DNA from: Octopus bimaculoides
Lineage: Eukaryota
Assembly (NCBI RefSeq): GCF_001194135.2
Contig: NC_068987.1
Coordinates: 72,180,991-72,244,990 of the forward strand
DNA length: 64,000 nt
Reading direction: 5' to 3'
Positions 11,601 through 26,600 of this stretch are shown piece by piece. Under the pieces are notes generated by a model. The model searched no databases and was not told the DNA's origin. It was given only the letters and a program-made list of their open reading frames with translations. Each line of letters begins with the position of its first letter. Position 1 is the first letter of the stretch. The position numbers and the translations under genes were made by a program.

Positions 11601-14600
11601 TGACATGCATGCTATATGTTTGCCATTACAGGTCTAGATTGTGTATGGATGAAACGTGTATGCGCAAAGTGTGATCATTCTGCCTAATGCTTTGTCGTTA
11701 TCTTACGTCTAGTAAACATATCACATCAGATTGCTTATCACAGTCTGTTACATCAAGCCAACAATTTGGTCTATCATAACAATACTAATTAATTACTACA
11801 GCAACTAATTCATAGATCACATCTTGAGCATATGACACAAGTCAATGACAAAGATTTTATGTACTAGTTACTCAATCTGTTATAAATAGCAGCCAAATCT
11901 TTCTAAAAATCACACCCTACTATCTCAAAAAGGGAAATGACATGTTTGAGACTTAGTCTTAAATAGATACTCCTAAAAAAAGAGTCAGTTTTGGTCATGG
12001 ATCTAGTTGATCAGGACTAGCTGAATGTTTAACAGCATTGACACTGTCTCACTGGCACCCTCTCTTATCTCCCTCTACCTTTTCAACTACCACTAAAACA
12101 CCTGCACTTCACCTGCCTCCTCATTCTTACTGTATCTTACAACCAATCACCCAGTCACTGCAATAAACCAGTTTATGTCAAACAAACAGCCTACAGAAAG
12201 ATTTAGTCAGGCCCCAGGCTCCATTTTATAATATTATATTTATTGTATTATTAGTTTTAAATTATTCTGTAAATATATAACTTGCATCTGCTCAGAATCA
12301 GAGCTCAAACAGAATTTTCATTTAACACCAGTTCCAGCTTGTCAAATCGGGGAAGCTTTTGTTTTCTCACCCAATGAAAAAGAAGTTTATGAATTCATAT
12401 ACTAAAAGATATAACAATTTTCTTCTTCAATTTGTCTTTATACACCCATCCAAAAAGATGTTTTTTATTTCTTCTTTAAATTCATGCACTTTCATCCAAA
12501 TGAATTCTAGTGATATAAACAATATTAAAAAATTTTATTGTTGAAACTGCAAGCTTCCTATTAAGCTTTGGTTTTCTCAAGAACTATATGCACAAATTTT
12601 AACAATTTCTGCTTCCATTCTCACTCTCATGACTATTACTCAACAGGATTCTATACATACTATATTAATGAGATTTCTATATGCGTCTCTGCACAAAAAT
12701 TTTTGTAATGCCTCATATTCTTTCACTTATTGTTAATAATGTTTTATAATGTCTATTGGCTTCTTTACATATTTACTTTTACTTGCATTATGAATAAGAT
12801 TTTTTACAAATCATTCTTCCTGTCTGACCTGCAAGATTTAATTTATGTATCAATGTAGCCTACAAGATCTAGTTCATGCTTCAATCTGGCCTGCAAAGCC
12901 AAACAAGTTCAATACCCTTGCAGTGCTCCTGCAAGCATCAAGAATTCACTTCCTATCCATATTTTCCCTATTGATGTTCATTCTGAACACCATCCACAAC
13001 AATCTCACCATCAGGGTAATACCTACAAGAGTCAGAGGTTTGGAATGCTTTCTCATTTTTGCAATTAATTAATTAATTAATTAGGAAAGTTTGGTGTTCT
13101 TTTTTTAACTAATTAGTGAGGGAAGAGCAGTGTCTGTAGCCCTTTTTGTTCAGGGCCTCCATGATTTATAGAGTGAAGGGAGGAAATTATCTTCAAACTG
13201 GAAACCTGGCCAAATGCTTGCAACAGAGCAAACTCCATTAAAAACAGCCAAGGACTAGGTGCTGATGTTTAACACTTCTGAGACCAAGCTGCCTTAATCC
13301 ACTTTGGTTCTATGATACAAACTTCATGTTTTGAAGTGATCTAAATTAAACCTTTCCATCAGACTTCCATGTTAATTTCTGTTTCAAGCACCAGCTTAAT
13401 AACTACAAAGTTATTTTGATAAAACTCTTCACTATTTTCATAAAGGGAATATGTAGAAGGGGTAGATTATTATTCAACATCTTTTCAGTAAACCATAAAG
13501 TGAAACTTTGTTTTTGTTTTAGAGCTTTTCAATTAAATGGCGAAAATTATAAAATAGGCAACTATGTATATATTTCAAATGAAGATATTATTGATGGTGG
13601 TTTGGATTCATCTTTCATTGCTCAGATTAAAGACCTTTATTCCAAGATAAGAGGTAAGATAATAAGTTTTATTAAGCAGCTTGCATGTGTCTTATATTTT
13701 TGTTTTTAATGATTGTTATAATTTTCAATGCCTGTTATCTTAATCACTTGATTCATATGTTTCTATTTTTTAATCAAAATTTATTTTGTTTTTTATAAAT
13801 CCAACCATAGGAGGTTCCAACCATAGGAGGTAAAAAATATTTTCCATGCTAAAATTTGAAAAAAGATGTTGCAAGTAATAGATATGAATTATTCTCTGCA
13901 ACAGAAGGCTCAAAGCCAGTCCTTGTGGCGGTGTCATGTAAAAGCACCCATGCAGTGCCCATGTGGTGCCATTAAAAACACCCAAAACACTCTGTAAAGT
14001 GGTTGGTATTAGGAAGGGCATCCAGCTGTAGAAACTGTGCCAGATCAGACTGGAGTCTGGTACAGCTCCCCAACTTGCCAGCATGGACAACGGACGTTAA
14101 ATGATGATGATGATAATGATGAACCAATAATCTTTAATCCAAATACTAGGCACAAGCGATGCTATGTAGTTTAGAAGTTTGATTTGCATCAGGGTAGTTC
14201 CATACCTTGGGCAAGTTTCTTCAACTATAGTCCCATGCCAACTAAAGCATTGTAAATGAATTCAATAGATGAAAATTGAAAAGAAACCAATTGTGTGTGT
14301 GTTCTTGTCTTTACATTCTTTAATCTTTTACTTGTTTCGATCATGAAACTGTGTCCATGCTGGGATGGCACCTTAAAGAACTTTGGTGGAATGAATTGAC
14401 CCCAGTACTTAATTTTTATTTAAGTCTGCTACTTACTCTGTTAGTGTCTTTGCTGAACCACTAAGTTATGAGGATGTAAACACACCAACATCAGTTGCCA
14501 AGCTGTGGTTGGGGGAGACACACACATACATATATATACAATAGGTTTCTTTCAATTTCTGTCTGCCAAATCTACTCACAAGGCCTCAGTCCAAAGCTAT

Positions 14601-17600
14601 AGTAGAAGACACTTGCCCTAGGTGCCACGCAGTGGGACTGAACCTGGAACCATGTGGTTGGGAAACAAACTTCTTACCACACAACTGTACCATTGTGCAC
14701 TAATTGTAAACAAATGTCACCATCTTACAAACAACATCCTTTCTTTGTAATCTTCCATGAAAACATGTCTGGATTAAGAGAAACAGAAGATTAGAAACAG
14801 GGAGAGCATCCAGTCACAGAAAATCTGCTTCAACAAATTTTATCTTACTCAGATCATCATCATCATCATCGTCATTTAACGTCTGTCTCCCATGTTGGCA
14901 TGGGTTTGATGATTTAACAGGGGTTGACAAGCCAAAAGACTGCACCAGGCTCTGTCTGTTTTAGCATGGTTTTTACAGCTGGATGTCCTTCCTAACACCA
15001 AGGTAAAATGGACATTGATGATAAAGATGATAATGTTCATTTCTTAATCCACCAAAAGATGATAATGTTCATTTCTTAATCCACCATTAGCCAAAAGTTC
15101 TGTTTGGTTGAGTGAATACCTTTCTTTAAGTCATGTTGGATTTTACTGTTACACAAATAATAATCTACTCTAATGGTAAAAATGCATTAAAACAATGAAT
15201 TCAGATGTGAATCAGTATAGCAGAAGTTATTGTTTAGTATCTTGAAATTGACATATGTAGCAAACCTATTGTGTGTGTGGGTATACATCTTTTATCTTAC
15301 ACCTGTTTCAGTCATCAGACTACAACCATGCTGACGCACCATCTTGAAGTATTTTAGTCAAGTGAATTGACCCCAGTACTTTTTTTTTAAAGCCTGGTAC
15401 TTATTCTATTGGTCTCTTTTACTGAACCACTATGTTATGGGGATGTAAACACACCAACACCAGTTGTCAAACAATGGTGGGGGACAAACATAGACAGAAA
15501 GACACACACATACACACATATATGATGGGTTCCTTTCAGTTTCTTATTTCTTTATTGCCCACAAGGGGCTAAACACAGAGGGGACAAACAAGGACACTTG
15601 CCCATGGTGCAACACTGGGACTGAACCCTGTCAAATTGTCCAACCCGTGCCAGCATGGAATACAGACACTAACTGGTGGTGGTGGTGGTGGCGGCGGCGG
15701 TGCTGCTGTCGCTGTTGTCATCAGAACTTAGCAATAGGTTTTGCTTTCATCACTTCACCCCAATCTTTCTATTATTTGGAATACCCAATATTATGGTTAA
15801 AGTTCAATGCTGTCCTGTGTTGTCTGCGAGTTCATTTGCACTTGTTGCCTACTGAAGCAGAATGGTTAATAGATGCAGTTGGTGGACTACTTAAAGGTCC
15901 TGAGTTCAAATTTGTTATAGGCATTTCATTATATATTTAGGGCAGTACATTTTATTTAACAGGCTAGACATATGTTATTGTTATCTAGATCAACTCTGAT
16001 TACATTTATAGCACGAGGTGGTTGGGAGGCAGTTGATTAAATGCTCAAGAGCTAACCAAAGGTGGAGCATCATAGATGTACAGATATAAGATACCCTAGT
16101 TGGAAATTCACTATTTGAGCTGTGTATCACAGTATCAAAATCACAATACCATTTGAATTAGCCACGAGTTTTGTTCAGTTGAATTAATACCTTTAAGTCA
16201 TGTTGGATTTTAATGTTATACAAGTAGCAATCTACTCTAATGATAACAATGACTTAAAATACTGAATCCAGAAGTAAATCAGTATAGCAAAAATAGTTGT
16301 TAAGTAGCTTCACTATTTGGCTTGTGTTCCAGTTGTGGCAATTCTGTGTGTTTTGCCTTTTGTGTGTGAGTATTATGTCCCAACATTTGAGGTTGAAAAC
16401 ATATGGTCCAAATTTTTTTTTAAAGTACATTAGGAGTTTCAAACCATCATTGACCCTGTTCTTAAATCATTTGATCACTGCCTAATCTTGACCACCTACT
16501 GCATATCCACACTGCACACTGCAACTCTTCCTGAGCTTTATAGCATTTCAGGTCAGGTAACTGGTCAGACTGCCGCCAGTTTGAAACTAACTAACCCTGA
16601 CAGCTAATAGAGCAGTTCATTTCACAGATTGAGCAACAATATAGGAGCTTCTTTGTTGATCTCTATAAAAACAGGTGTGAAGAAGTTACATGTGACCATT
16701 GCAAAAGATCTTATTAAGTAATCCTAGCTCTATGGAAGTGACACACACATGGAATGAATTAATTAGAATAGATTTTAAAAAGCTTAGGCCTTTCACATAA
16801 TCATCATGCCTTGTGGTTCCTTCCAGCCTTTAATGTTCTGAGTTCAAATTTCACTGAGGGCAACTTTTCTTTTCATGTCTCAGGATTCAATAAAATGAAG
16901 TACCAGTCATATTCTGGAACTGCTGTAATGGACTAAACCCCTCTACTCAAATTTCTGGCCTTGTACTTCTGTATGAAATCATCATTACTATAGAATAGAT
17001 CTTCTATAAACAATGTATTTTAAATGCCAGTCCAGCTATAAATAATGGCTCATTGCACATAGGGTTAAAAAAAAAAACCTTTCAAGAGAAAAAGAGGCAG
17101 AGAGCTTCCTGTGGATCTTGAACCATGCATTTGCTGCCATCCTGACAGTCATAATACACTTAAAGTTTATAGAAAACTTTTTTTAATATATTTCTCAAGA
17201 CTTTTCTTGTTACCTTCTAAATGTAAACAAACTTGCTTTCATACATAAAGTATCTAATTTGGATGAATGAAAATGTGAAAAGTATTTTATTTCTCAATGC
17301 TTCTAACGGTATCTCATTAAATGTGCACAATCATTAGCATTTCGTCTGTCTGCACATTCTGAGTTCATATTCCCCTGCAATCAACTTTGCCTCTCATCCT
17401 TTCTCAATCAATAAAATAGATACCAGTTGAACACTTGGGTTGGTGTAATTACTAGCCCCTACCCCCAAAATTTCAGACCTTGTGCCTATAATAGAAAGTC
17501 TTATCATTATTATTATTATTAAGACTCCAAGCTGGCCAAACCATTATCGAGTCATACTTGCTTGCTAGTAACAGTTATTGTTTGTTTTTTGTTTTTTTCT

Positions 17601-20600
17601 ATTTTAGGAGATTATGATATTGGTGATAATTATGCTGTTGTCAGATGGTTCTGGAGACAATCAGAAATTGGAGAATCTCTTCGCAAGAAATGTTGTCAGC
17701 AATCTGCTGCCAATGAAATATTCCTCAACAGTGCATCGTTCTTCGACACAGAAGTGGTTATCGAGACAATTGTTGGGAAATGCAAGGTAATACACAACTT
17801 TTTTCTAGCAGAAACTTTAGAGCATTGGAAAAAGTATCCTGCCGTATTTTTTCCAGTTCTTTACATTCCAAGTTCAAATCTCATCAACATTAATTTTACC
17901 TTTCACCCAGAAGGATGAAAGGCAATGTTGTCTTCTTTCATTCCCATCAAGATTTCTGGACTTGTACCTATCAAAAGCATCTGACAAAATGTCTTGTGGT
18001 TTATTTTGTTATGACACTTTATGTTCTGAGTTCAAATCCCTCTGAAACCAACTTTTATCTTTTGTCCCTCAGGAGTCAATAAAATAAAGTACCAGTCAAG
18101 TACCAGGATTGATTTAACCAAATCTTCCTCAAATCACTTCCTGCCATTTAAAAAGAAAGTGGGTGGAGGTATTTATACATTAAATAATGCAATCCTTGAT
18201 ATCCTTTGTCTGAAAAAAAAGTTGAAATGGTCATAACTCACATGCCTTTAATTATATGTTAGCAATATGTGTTATAACAAGGAAGGCGGCAGAATTGTTA
18301 CCATGTTGGAATTCTAAGTTCAAATTCTGCTGTGGTTGACTTTGCCTTTCATCCTTCTGGAGTTAGATAAAAAAAAAAAAAGTACCACTTATCTCGTCAC
18401 TTGAAATTGCTGGTCTTGTGCCAGAATTTGAAACCAATATGTGTTATAACCTTGAATATACCGTGGAGGATGCATAAGACTGTCAGTGACAGAGAATACT
18501 GGTGGACCTGGTCAGCTCTACACATGATACTGTCTCTAGAAACACTAACCTGTGATGACCCCAGTCACCTGAAGCCAGCAGCAAACGTGTTATAACAAGT
18601 CTTTATCAAATCTATAAAATGTATGTTATGTCAATGTTTTCAATAAATGCTAGTTTCTGTTTTTATTTCTTTTAAAATACTGTCATTTTTAGTGGCATGA
18701 GTATACCAGTATGTTAATGGAATCTGAAAGTTAAATGATGGTAGCGGTTGTGAAAAGCACTGGTGGCAGTGTCACGTAAAAACGCCTGTGTGGTGCCATG
18801 TAAAAGCACCCAACACACTGTAAAGTGGTTCACATTAAGAAGAGGGTCCAGCCGTAGACCCCCCCCCCCCAAAAAAAAAAATTTCGGACCTTGTACCTAG
18901 AGTAGAAAAGAATATTCCTTCTAATTTCCTTCTCATGGAATTCTTAGCAACTTAAAGACAACTGACAGATTTTGAAACAACTACAACTGTGAATGTGGAT
19001 GTAAAACAAAAAAAAAATTATTGAATAACAAACCAAAGTAATATTTGTTGCTAATCTGAATTCCCCCATCCTATACACTTTTCAAGTGTACAACTTCCTA
19101 TTATCACATGCTTTTGTTATCTAGAATGTTGATACCACAATAAAAAGAACTTATTGCACTCTGTAAAGTATTTGATGAACAAACCGGTGAGTGTAGAATA
19201 GCAAGGCCTCTTTAGTCTCATTGAGGACATGAGAATGTCTCAAGTGTCATGTCATGATAAAATGCACCCAGTACTCTTTAGTGGTTGGTGTTAGGAAGGC
19301 ATCAGGCTGTAGAAACATCATCGTCGTCATTTAACGTCTGTTTTCCATGCTGGCACGGGTTGGGTGGTTTGACTGCGGTCTGGGGAGCCAGCAGCTGCAC
19401 CAGGCTCCAATCTGATCTTGCAATGTTTCTATAGCTGGATGCCCTTCCTAACGCCAACTACTCTGAGAGTGTAGTGGGTGTTTTTTACGTGCCACCGGCA
19501 TGGGAGCCAGTCAGTGGGTACTGGCATTGGCCATGTTCGGTTTGTGCTTTTTACGTGCCACCAGCATGGGAGCCAGTCAGGGGACACTGGCATCTTCTAA
19601 AATTAGATTTTATGAACAAGACATGTTCTCTTATCTATGTCGGAAGCAGTTAATTCCAAATATGAAATGTTTCAGGTTATGACAGCCCATCCAACCCATA
19701 CCAGCCTGGAAAAATGGTATAAAATGATAATAATAATCCTTTCTACTAAAAGCACAAGGCCTGAAATTTTGGAGGAGGGGAATTGTGGATTACATCAACC
19801 CTAGTATTTGTCAAAAGGTGGTTTGACACACACACACTCATATATATACAATGGGCTTCTTTCTGTTTCCACCTACCAAATCCTTTCACAAGGCTTTGGT
19901 TAGCCTGAGGTTATTGTAGAATACACTTGCTCAAAGTGCTATGCTGTGCAACTAAACCCGGAATCATGTGGTTGGGAAGCAAGCTTCTTACCACACAGCC
20001 ATATCTGCACCTATACATGATCATAAAACTATAAGGTTTCTTTTACATTAGTTAATTACAATTTTCTTACTCTGTTTTCCAGCTATCATTTGGCCAACTA
20101 CCTACATACCACAGAACAGTTCAATCATGGCTGACTTGGAGTAACACAATAACATAAACCTGAAGTTTATAACTGTGTTTCTTTGATATAATGGAATTCC
20201 ATATTGCCACTATGACCTCTTCTAAATTCTATTTTCAACTTTGCTTTTCATGTACATAATTGTTTCCATTTTCTTCAGGTTCAGTTTTGCTCCATGAGTG
20301 GTATAAAGAAGAATAAAAATGGGATTCCAGATCATTCATATGTGGTTGCACGGTCTTGTGATGGACGCAATATCAAGGAACTACCATCATCATTTTCCAA
20401 CAACAAAAAATTTCCAGTATCTGATGATTGTTCGGATTCAGAATCAGATTCTGGTTCTGAAACTCCCACAGAAGATTCAAATTCTGTTAGAAAATCTTCG
20501 CACCATGGCAGGAATTTAAGATCACCTAAGATGCTGCAGTCACCTGTGGTTCCACTCCAGGGAAGCATTTTTAAGGAGAAGAAATCAAAAAGCAGTTAGT

Positions 20601-23600
20601 CTCATATTTGTTTTTGTCTCTTTTAGATTAAACAAGGGAAGGAGGTGTTGTCAGTTGAATCAACCTTCACATATTACTGGTATACTTACATCAGCCTCAA
20701 ACAGAGAAGAAAAGTCATACTCAGTATTTAATTTACAACAGAAAGAGTGAAATAAAATGTACTAAAATATTTAGTTAGAGCCTCTACATGCTCATCTGAT
20801 CTGCTAGAAATAACTGCTAAATTTCCCTTAACCATTTAGCATTTAAATCAGCCATACCCTGCCCAAATATTCTACCTATTTTATGTTCAGACCAGACAGA
20901 TCTGGCTTCTCACGTGTACTGTACAATGTTATTCTAAATATAAACAATCACATCATTAATGTCTTGAAGCTACAAGATAATGAGTGATAGATTTAAAACA
21001 AAGTGAATAAATAAGCATTACATTTGTCTAAATAATCTGAATGCTAAAGGGTTAAATTAAACCTTGCTATCTTATAAAAATGGAAAGAGACAGTTGACAC
21101 TGTCGTGCCTGGAATACTTTTCATCTGGCTTAACCTAAGGCCAAGCAACAATAATAATTCATTATTCTGTTTCATTATTGTTATTGTTATTCAACTTTGT
21201 TTTGTGTCCAAACCCTATTGAAGTCGGTATGCCTTGGGTTACGATGAAATAAGTATGAAGTACAAAACTCTAATCTTCTTCGATGTAGGAACCTCTGACT
21301 TCACTGCACTTTTTGTAGTGTTCCATCCCCTAAGTAAAGGTATTCAAGACCGTTGTAATAACCCTCTTTGTCTTCAAAACAGCTGCTCGGTGAGCAACCA
21401 AAAGTCACCGAGAGTCAAGTCTGGACTATAGGGAGGGTGACAGACAGATTTGATGCCCATTTCTGTCAAGTAGTTGGTAACCAGGATGCTTGTCATTGAG
21501 CACTGAGGGAACAAATTTTGTGCATGTTCAGATCTTCATGAATAATCCTGTGTACAGTTGCCTTGTCCCACAACAGTTTTCATTCAGAAAATTGTGAATT
21601 TTCTCAATCAGCTCTTAATATTCTGATGTCCCTTTCCCTCCTACATCATTCATCATTTCTCACTTCCTCTCTACCATCCTTGAACCTCTTGTACCTGCAG
21701 AAAGATTAATCCATAAGCAGTTGGGAGCATTTCATAAGTTTTTATAGCATTTTTGCTTAGTTCAACACAAAATTTTATTGCATAGCAAGCTTCCAAATGT
21801 CCTACCTGCATTTTGCAAATGAGTTAGCTGTGACAACCACTGTTTAGCAGCATGTGTTCAAAGTGCTGTTACAACCATCTCCTTCGATCAGGTTAGCTTA
21901 TTAGATGTATAATAAGGATATACTGAAATTACAATAATCTAAGACAATTATAACTGCCTCTCCTAAAAAGTCTCAAAACTTCTGGAACTCACATCATATA
22001 TTGATAGATAGATAGATAGATAGATAGATACTCACATGCATACATAGACACGTAGGTTGGTAGATGGATAGACAGAAAGGCAAACAGACATTAATTGATT
22101 GATTTAATTAATTAGTTACTATTTTCTTTATTTCTGATTTGTTTTATTTAATCATTTGCAGAACTGCAAAGCAATTCAACAACATCAAGAAAATTTAAAT
22201 GTTCCCAAGTAGTTGACATGCTGGATGATGATTCTGACAGCAGTTCTGATATGTCAGACATGAGTGAGAGTTCAGAAGCTTCCAGAGAAAATGGCCGTCA
22301 ATTAAACGGTCAGTCAAAATCCAATACAAAATTGAATACAAATCTAGATACTCCTCCAGCTGACACAAGAAATAAAACTCCCAAGAATGATTCGTCAGCA
22401 ATTAAGAACCATCATGCAGAAAAAACTCCTAAAGTAAGAAGTGTACGTCGAGGGCTGGTCGAAGAATTTGAAACAGTCAAGAGGAATCAATTTAGTCTCA
22501 CTCTAAGGTTAGTTCATTTATCTTTTACCAAATATTACAGGTCTTTTAGAATTCCTCCTGGCTAACTGAGCTGGTATACTACCAATCGACTAAATTAGGT
22601 GATTATTTATATTCCATCATTGAAACTCCACCACGTTCAAGACCAAGACATGTTATTAACTTTCGCTGGTTCCATTCAGTTAGTTGTAAATAGGCACCAT
22701 GAATAAGTTCAAGCTTGACTCAGGAATCAGCAGCAGTACAAAATAATAATATTAACTTTTTAGCATTCAGAGTCTTCTGAGGTTGTTGCCAGTGCTGCTG
22801 GACTGGCTCCTGTGCAGGTGCCATGTAAAAAACACCATTTTGAGTGTGGCCGTTGCCAGTACCACGTGACTGGCCCTTGTACCGGTGGCATGTAAAAGCA
22901 CCCACTACACTCTCAGAGTGGTTGGCATTAGGAAGGGCATCCAGCTGTAGAAACTCTACCAGATCAGATTGGAGCCTGGTGCAGCCATCGAGTTCACCAG
23001 TCCTCAGTCAAGTCGTCCAACCCATGCTAGCATGGAAAGCGGGCATTGAACGATTTTGGATTAATTATGCATTGTGCTCTTGAGCAGGACACTTTATTTC
23101 ACATTGCTCCAGTCCACTCAGCTGGCAAAAATGAGTAGTACCTGTAATATGAAGAGCCAGCCTTGTCACATTCTGTGTCACTCTGAATCTCTCTGAGAGC
23201 TACACTAAGGGTACACATGTCTGTGGAATGCTCAGCCACTTGCATTTTAATCTCATGAGCAGGCTGTTTCATTGATCGGATCAACTGGAACCCTCATGAT
23301 TATAACCAACAGAGTACAAGTATAGGGTAGATGGCAGGGGCCAGTTTGGATATAATACAGGTAACATATTTTAGCCAGTTTGAGTGCTAAATTGTAAAGT
23401 CCTTTGTTAGCCAAGTTCAAATTCTTCCATGAGTGGAGCTTGATTTTGCTAGACTGACTTGTCCTATGGGCTATGGTTCTCAGTTCAGTGGAGAATGTTG
23501 GTGGGTAGTTTGCATTAAGTAAACTAGAACTGATGTGAGCTTCTACTTTTCCTGGATTGAATAGTAAATGTTACTATTCTGTCTTAAATTTCCTTGTGTT

Positions 23601-26600
23601 GGTCTCTCTTTGTGTTTCTACACTAGTTCACACACTTATCTTTTGCCCAATTTTATCTGATGTTTAGAAGATAACCAAAAGTGTTTATTGTAATACAAGC
23701 ACTAGAAAGGTACTCTTCCTAAGTTTGATGCCTTCAGCATACATATACATACATGCATACACACAAAATATGGCTGTGTGGTTAAGAAGTTAACTTTGCA
23801 ACTATGTGGTCTCAAGTTTAGTCCCACTGCATAGCAGCTTGAGCAAATGCATTCTACAGTGGCCCTGAGTCAACCAAAAGTCTTGTGAGTGAATTTGATT
23901 GATAAAAACTGAAAGTAAGCCTGTTGTGTATGTATGTGTGTTGGGATGGAGGGGTGCGGTTCATGTCTTCTTGACTTGTCATTATGCACTAATTGTAAAT
24001 AGGCATCACTGTCATGTAAGTGAAGCTCTTTGTTTTCAATCTCCCTTGTAAACATATCCAAACTAGGGGTAATGTTACCTTGCTTACAAACAGTTATGAG
24101 TTGATGAAGGAAGAGCATTTGGCTATAAAAGTATGCTTCAATGAATCTCATCTGACCTACACACAAGCATGGAAAAGTGGATATTAAAATGATGGTGAAA
24201 ACTATGATGATATGCAACGAAAATGTGGCATGACTATTAGTGTGCTGCTCAGAGACAATTGAAGGCTTCATCTTCCTTTCATGTCATGGTCAAATAAAGC
24301 TGTAAACATGATGATCTTAGCTCTGTGAGTTGATTTGGTAGATGGAAACTGAAAGAAGCCTGCCATGTTTATATATGTATGTTGTGTTATTGTTCCCTTG
24401 CCTTGACATCACATGATTGTTGTAAACAAGTGTCACCATCATTCAAGCAGTGTCTTTTGTTTCTAAACTTTCATTACCGCCTGACTGGCACCCGTAGGAT
24501 TTTCGAGCGAGATCGTTGCCAGTGCCCCTGGACTGGCTTGTGCAGGTGGCACATAAAAGACACCATTTCGAGCGTGGCCGTTGCCAGTATCGCCTGACTG
24601 GCCTTCGTGCAGGTGACACGTAAAAGCACCCACTACACTCTCTGAGTGGTTGGCGTTAGGAAGGGCATCCAGCTGTAGAAACTCTGCCAAATTTAGATTG
24701 GAGCCTGGTGTTGCCATCCGGTTTCACCAGTCCTCAGTCAAGTCGTCCAACCCATGCTAGCATGGAAAGCGGACGTTAAACGATGATGTCTGTTTATGAG
24801 GAAATATTACCTTACTCGGAAACAGGTAAGGATCAGTGGCAGGAAGGGCATCCAGCATGGAAAAGTAGGCATTAAAATGGTGATGATATATGTCATTAGT
24901 CAACCTAAGGTTTTAGTAGAAAACACATACTCAAAGTAACATGACGTGGGACTGAACCCAAAAACATGGTTGTAAGATCAACTTCTAAACCACAAAGCCA
25001 TGCCTGCATCCAATATTCAATTACTTTTTCAACATCAACTAACCACTTCTCTAAATATTTGTTTTCCTCTGCCTCAACGCTTCTTCTCATATGTTTATAT
25101 ATTCTGTGTCTTTGTTCTCTTGCCTTCTCTTGTTTTCTCTCACTTTAGTTTCATATTTTGTGGGGGTTTTTCCCCCCATAACAACCTTATCTGATTTTGT
25201 TTCATCTGTATTTGACTAAATTCCAAACCTTTTAAGGTATGATATCATTATATAATTTGATGCTGCTGATCTTATATTTTTGACATATATTTCCACAATT
25301 AACATTTTTCATCATCATCATCATCATCATCATTGTTGTCATCTTCATCACCATTATAATTAACATCTTTTATGTACTCTAAATTTTTTGTGTAGGAGGA
25401 AGGTAGCATCTGTTGATCTTGTGAATCTTTTGGATGAAGCAAGTTCTGAAGAAGATAGTTTGGATTCAGATAGTATGTCCAGTGTTAAATCAAAAGATTC
25501 AAGGCTGTCTGCAAAAGTTGCTCCTGATGAGAAAAGGAAACTTAGAGGAACTGATAAAAACAACAATACTCCATTAAAGGTCAAAGTTGAAACCAAAACA
25601 AAGAACAACAGTGTGTCAAAGAGTAAGATAAAATCTGAAGAATTTAACAAGAAATCAGTGACTGTCAAACATGAGACTCCATTGAAGTTACAACTTGATG
25701 ACAGTACATTGCGCAAGTCTAGTCGCAAAAGAAAGTTGGTCTCAAGATACAATGGTGAGAATGAGGAGAAGAAAGCAGACAGTCTTCGAGTGAAACAAAA
25801 TTTGTCCTCAAAGAAATCAAGTCAGAAAGAGAAAGTGTCCAAAAAGTCAGAATCATCTGATTTGTCTTCTGATGAATACAGCCCTTCCAGTGATTCTGAA
25901 AATGATGACACTTTTGATGATGATGATGACTTTGTGATAAGCAAAAGGACCCCACGATCTTCTGTAAAGAAAAAAATTTTGAGTGAACGAAAAACTTCCA
26001 AGTCTTCGAAAAGTAACAAGGTAAAGTATTTTATGTACTGGATTTTTTTTGGTATTTTACCTTATCTTCAATACAATATATTGTTATTTTGCTTTAAAAC
26101 AGAGACAAAACATTTGATTTAGGTCAGGAGGACTGAGTTCTTGGTTTTGCGTTACCAAAACATCAATTAGAAATTTGCGAAATCAGGATAGCACCTGTGC
26201 CCAGCGTCGCCTTTCTGGCACTTGTGCCCGTGACATGTGTAAGGATTTTCGAGCGAGATCGTTGCCAGTGCCCCTGGACTGGCTCTTGTGTGGGTGGCAC
26301 ATAAAATACGAGCGTGGCCATTGCCAGTACCGCCTAACTGGCCTTCGTGTGGGTGACACGTAAAAGCACCCACTACACTCTCTGAGTGGTTGGCGTTAGG
26401 AAGGGCATCCAGCTGTAGAAACTCTGCCAAATCAGATTGGAGCCTGGTGTAGCCATCTGGTTTCACCAGTCTTCAATCAAATCGTCCAACCCATGCTAGC
26501 ATGGAAAGCGGATGTTAAACGATGATGATGATGAAACTGGGTAGGGAAAATGGAAAAGAGTAAATCTTCGATTAAAACTTCCATTCCTTGTTTAGATTTT

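Noticed and set aside
25360-26019. Minus-strand ORFs overlapping ORC1 exon 6
   Set aside because: Antisense shadows of a real exon.
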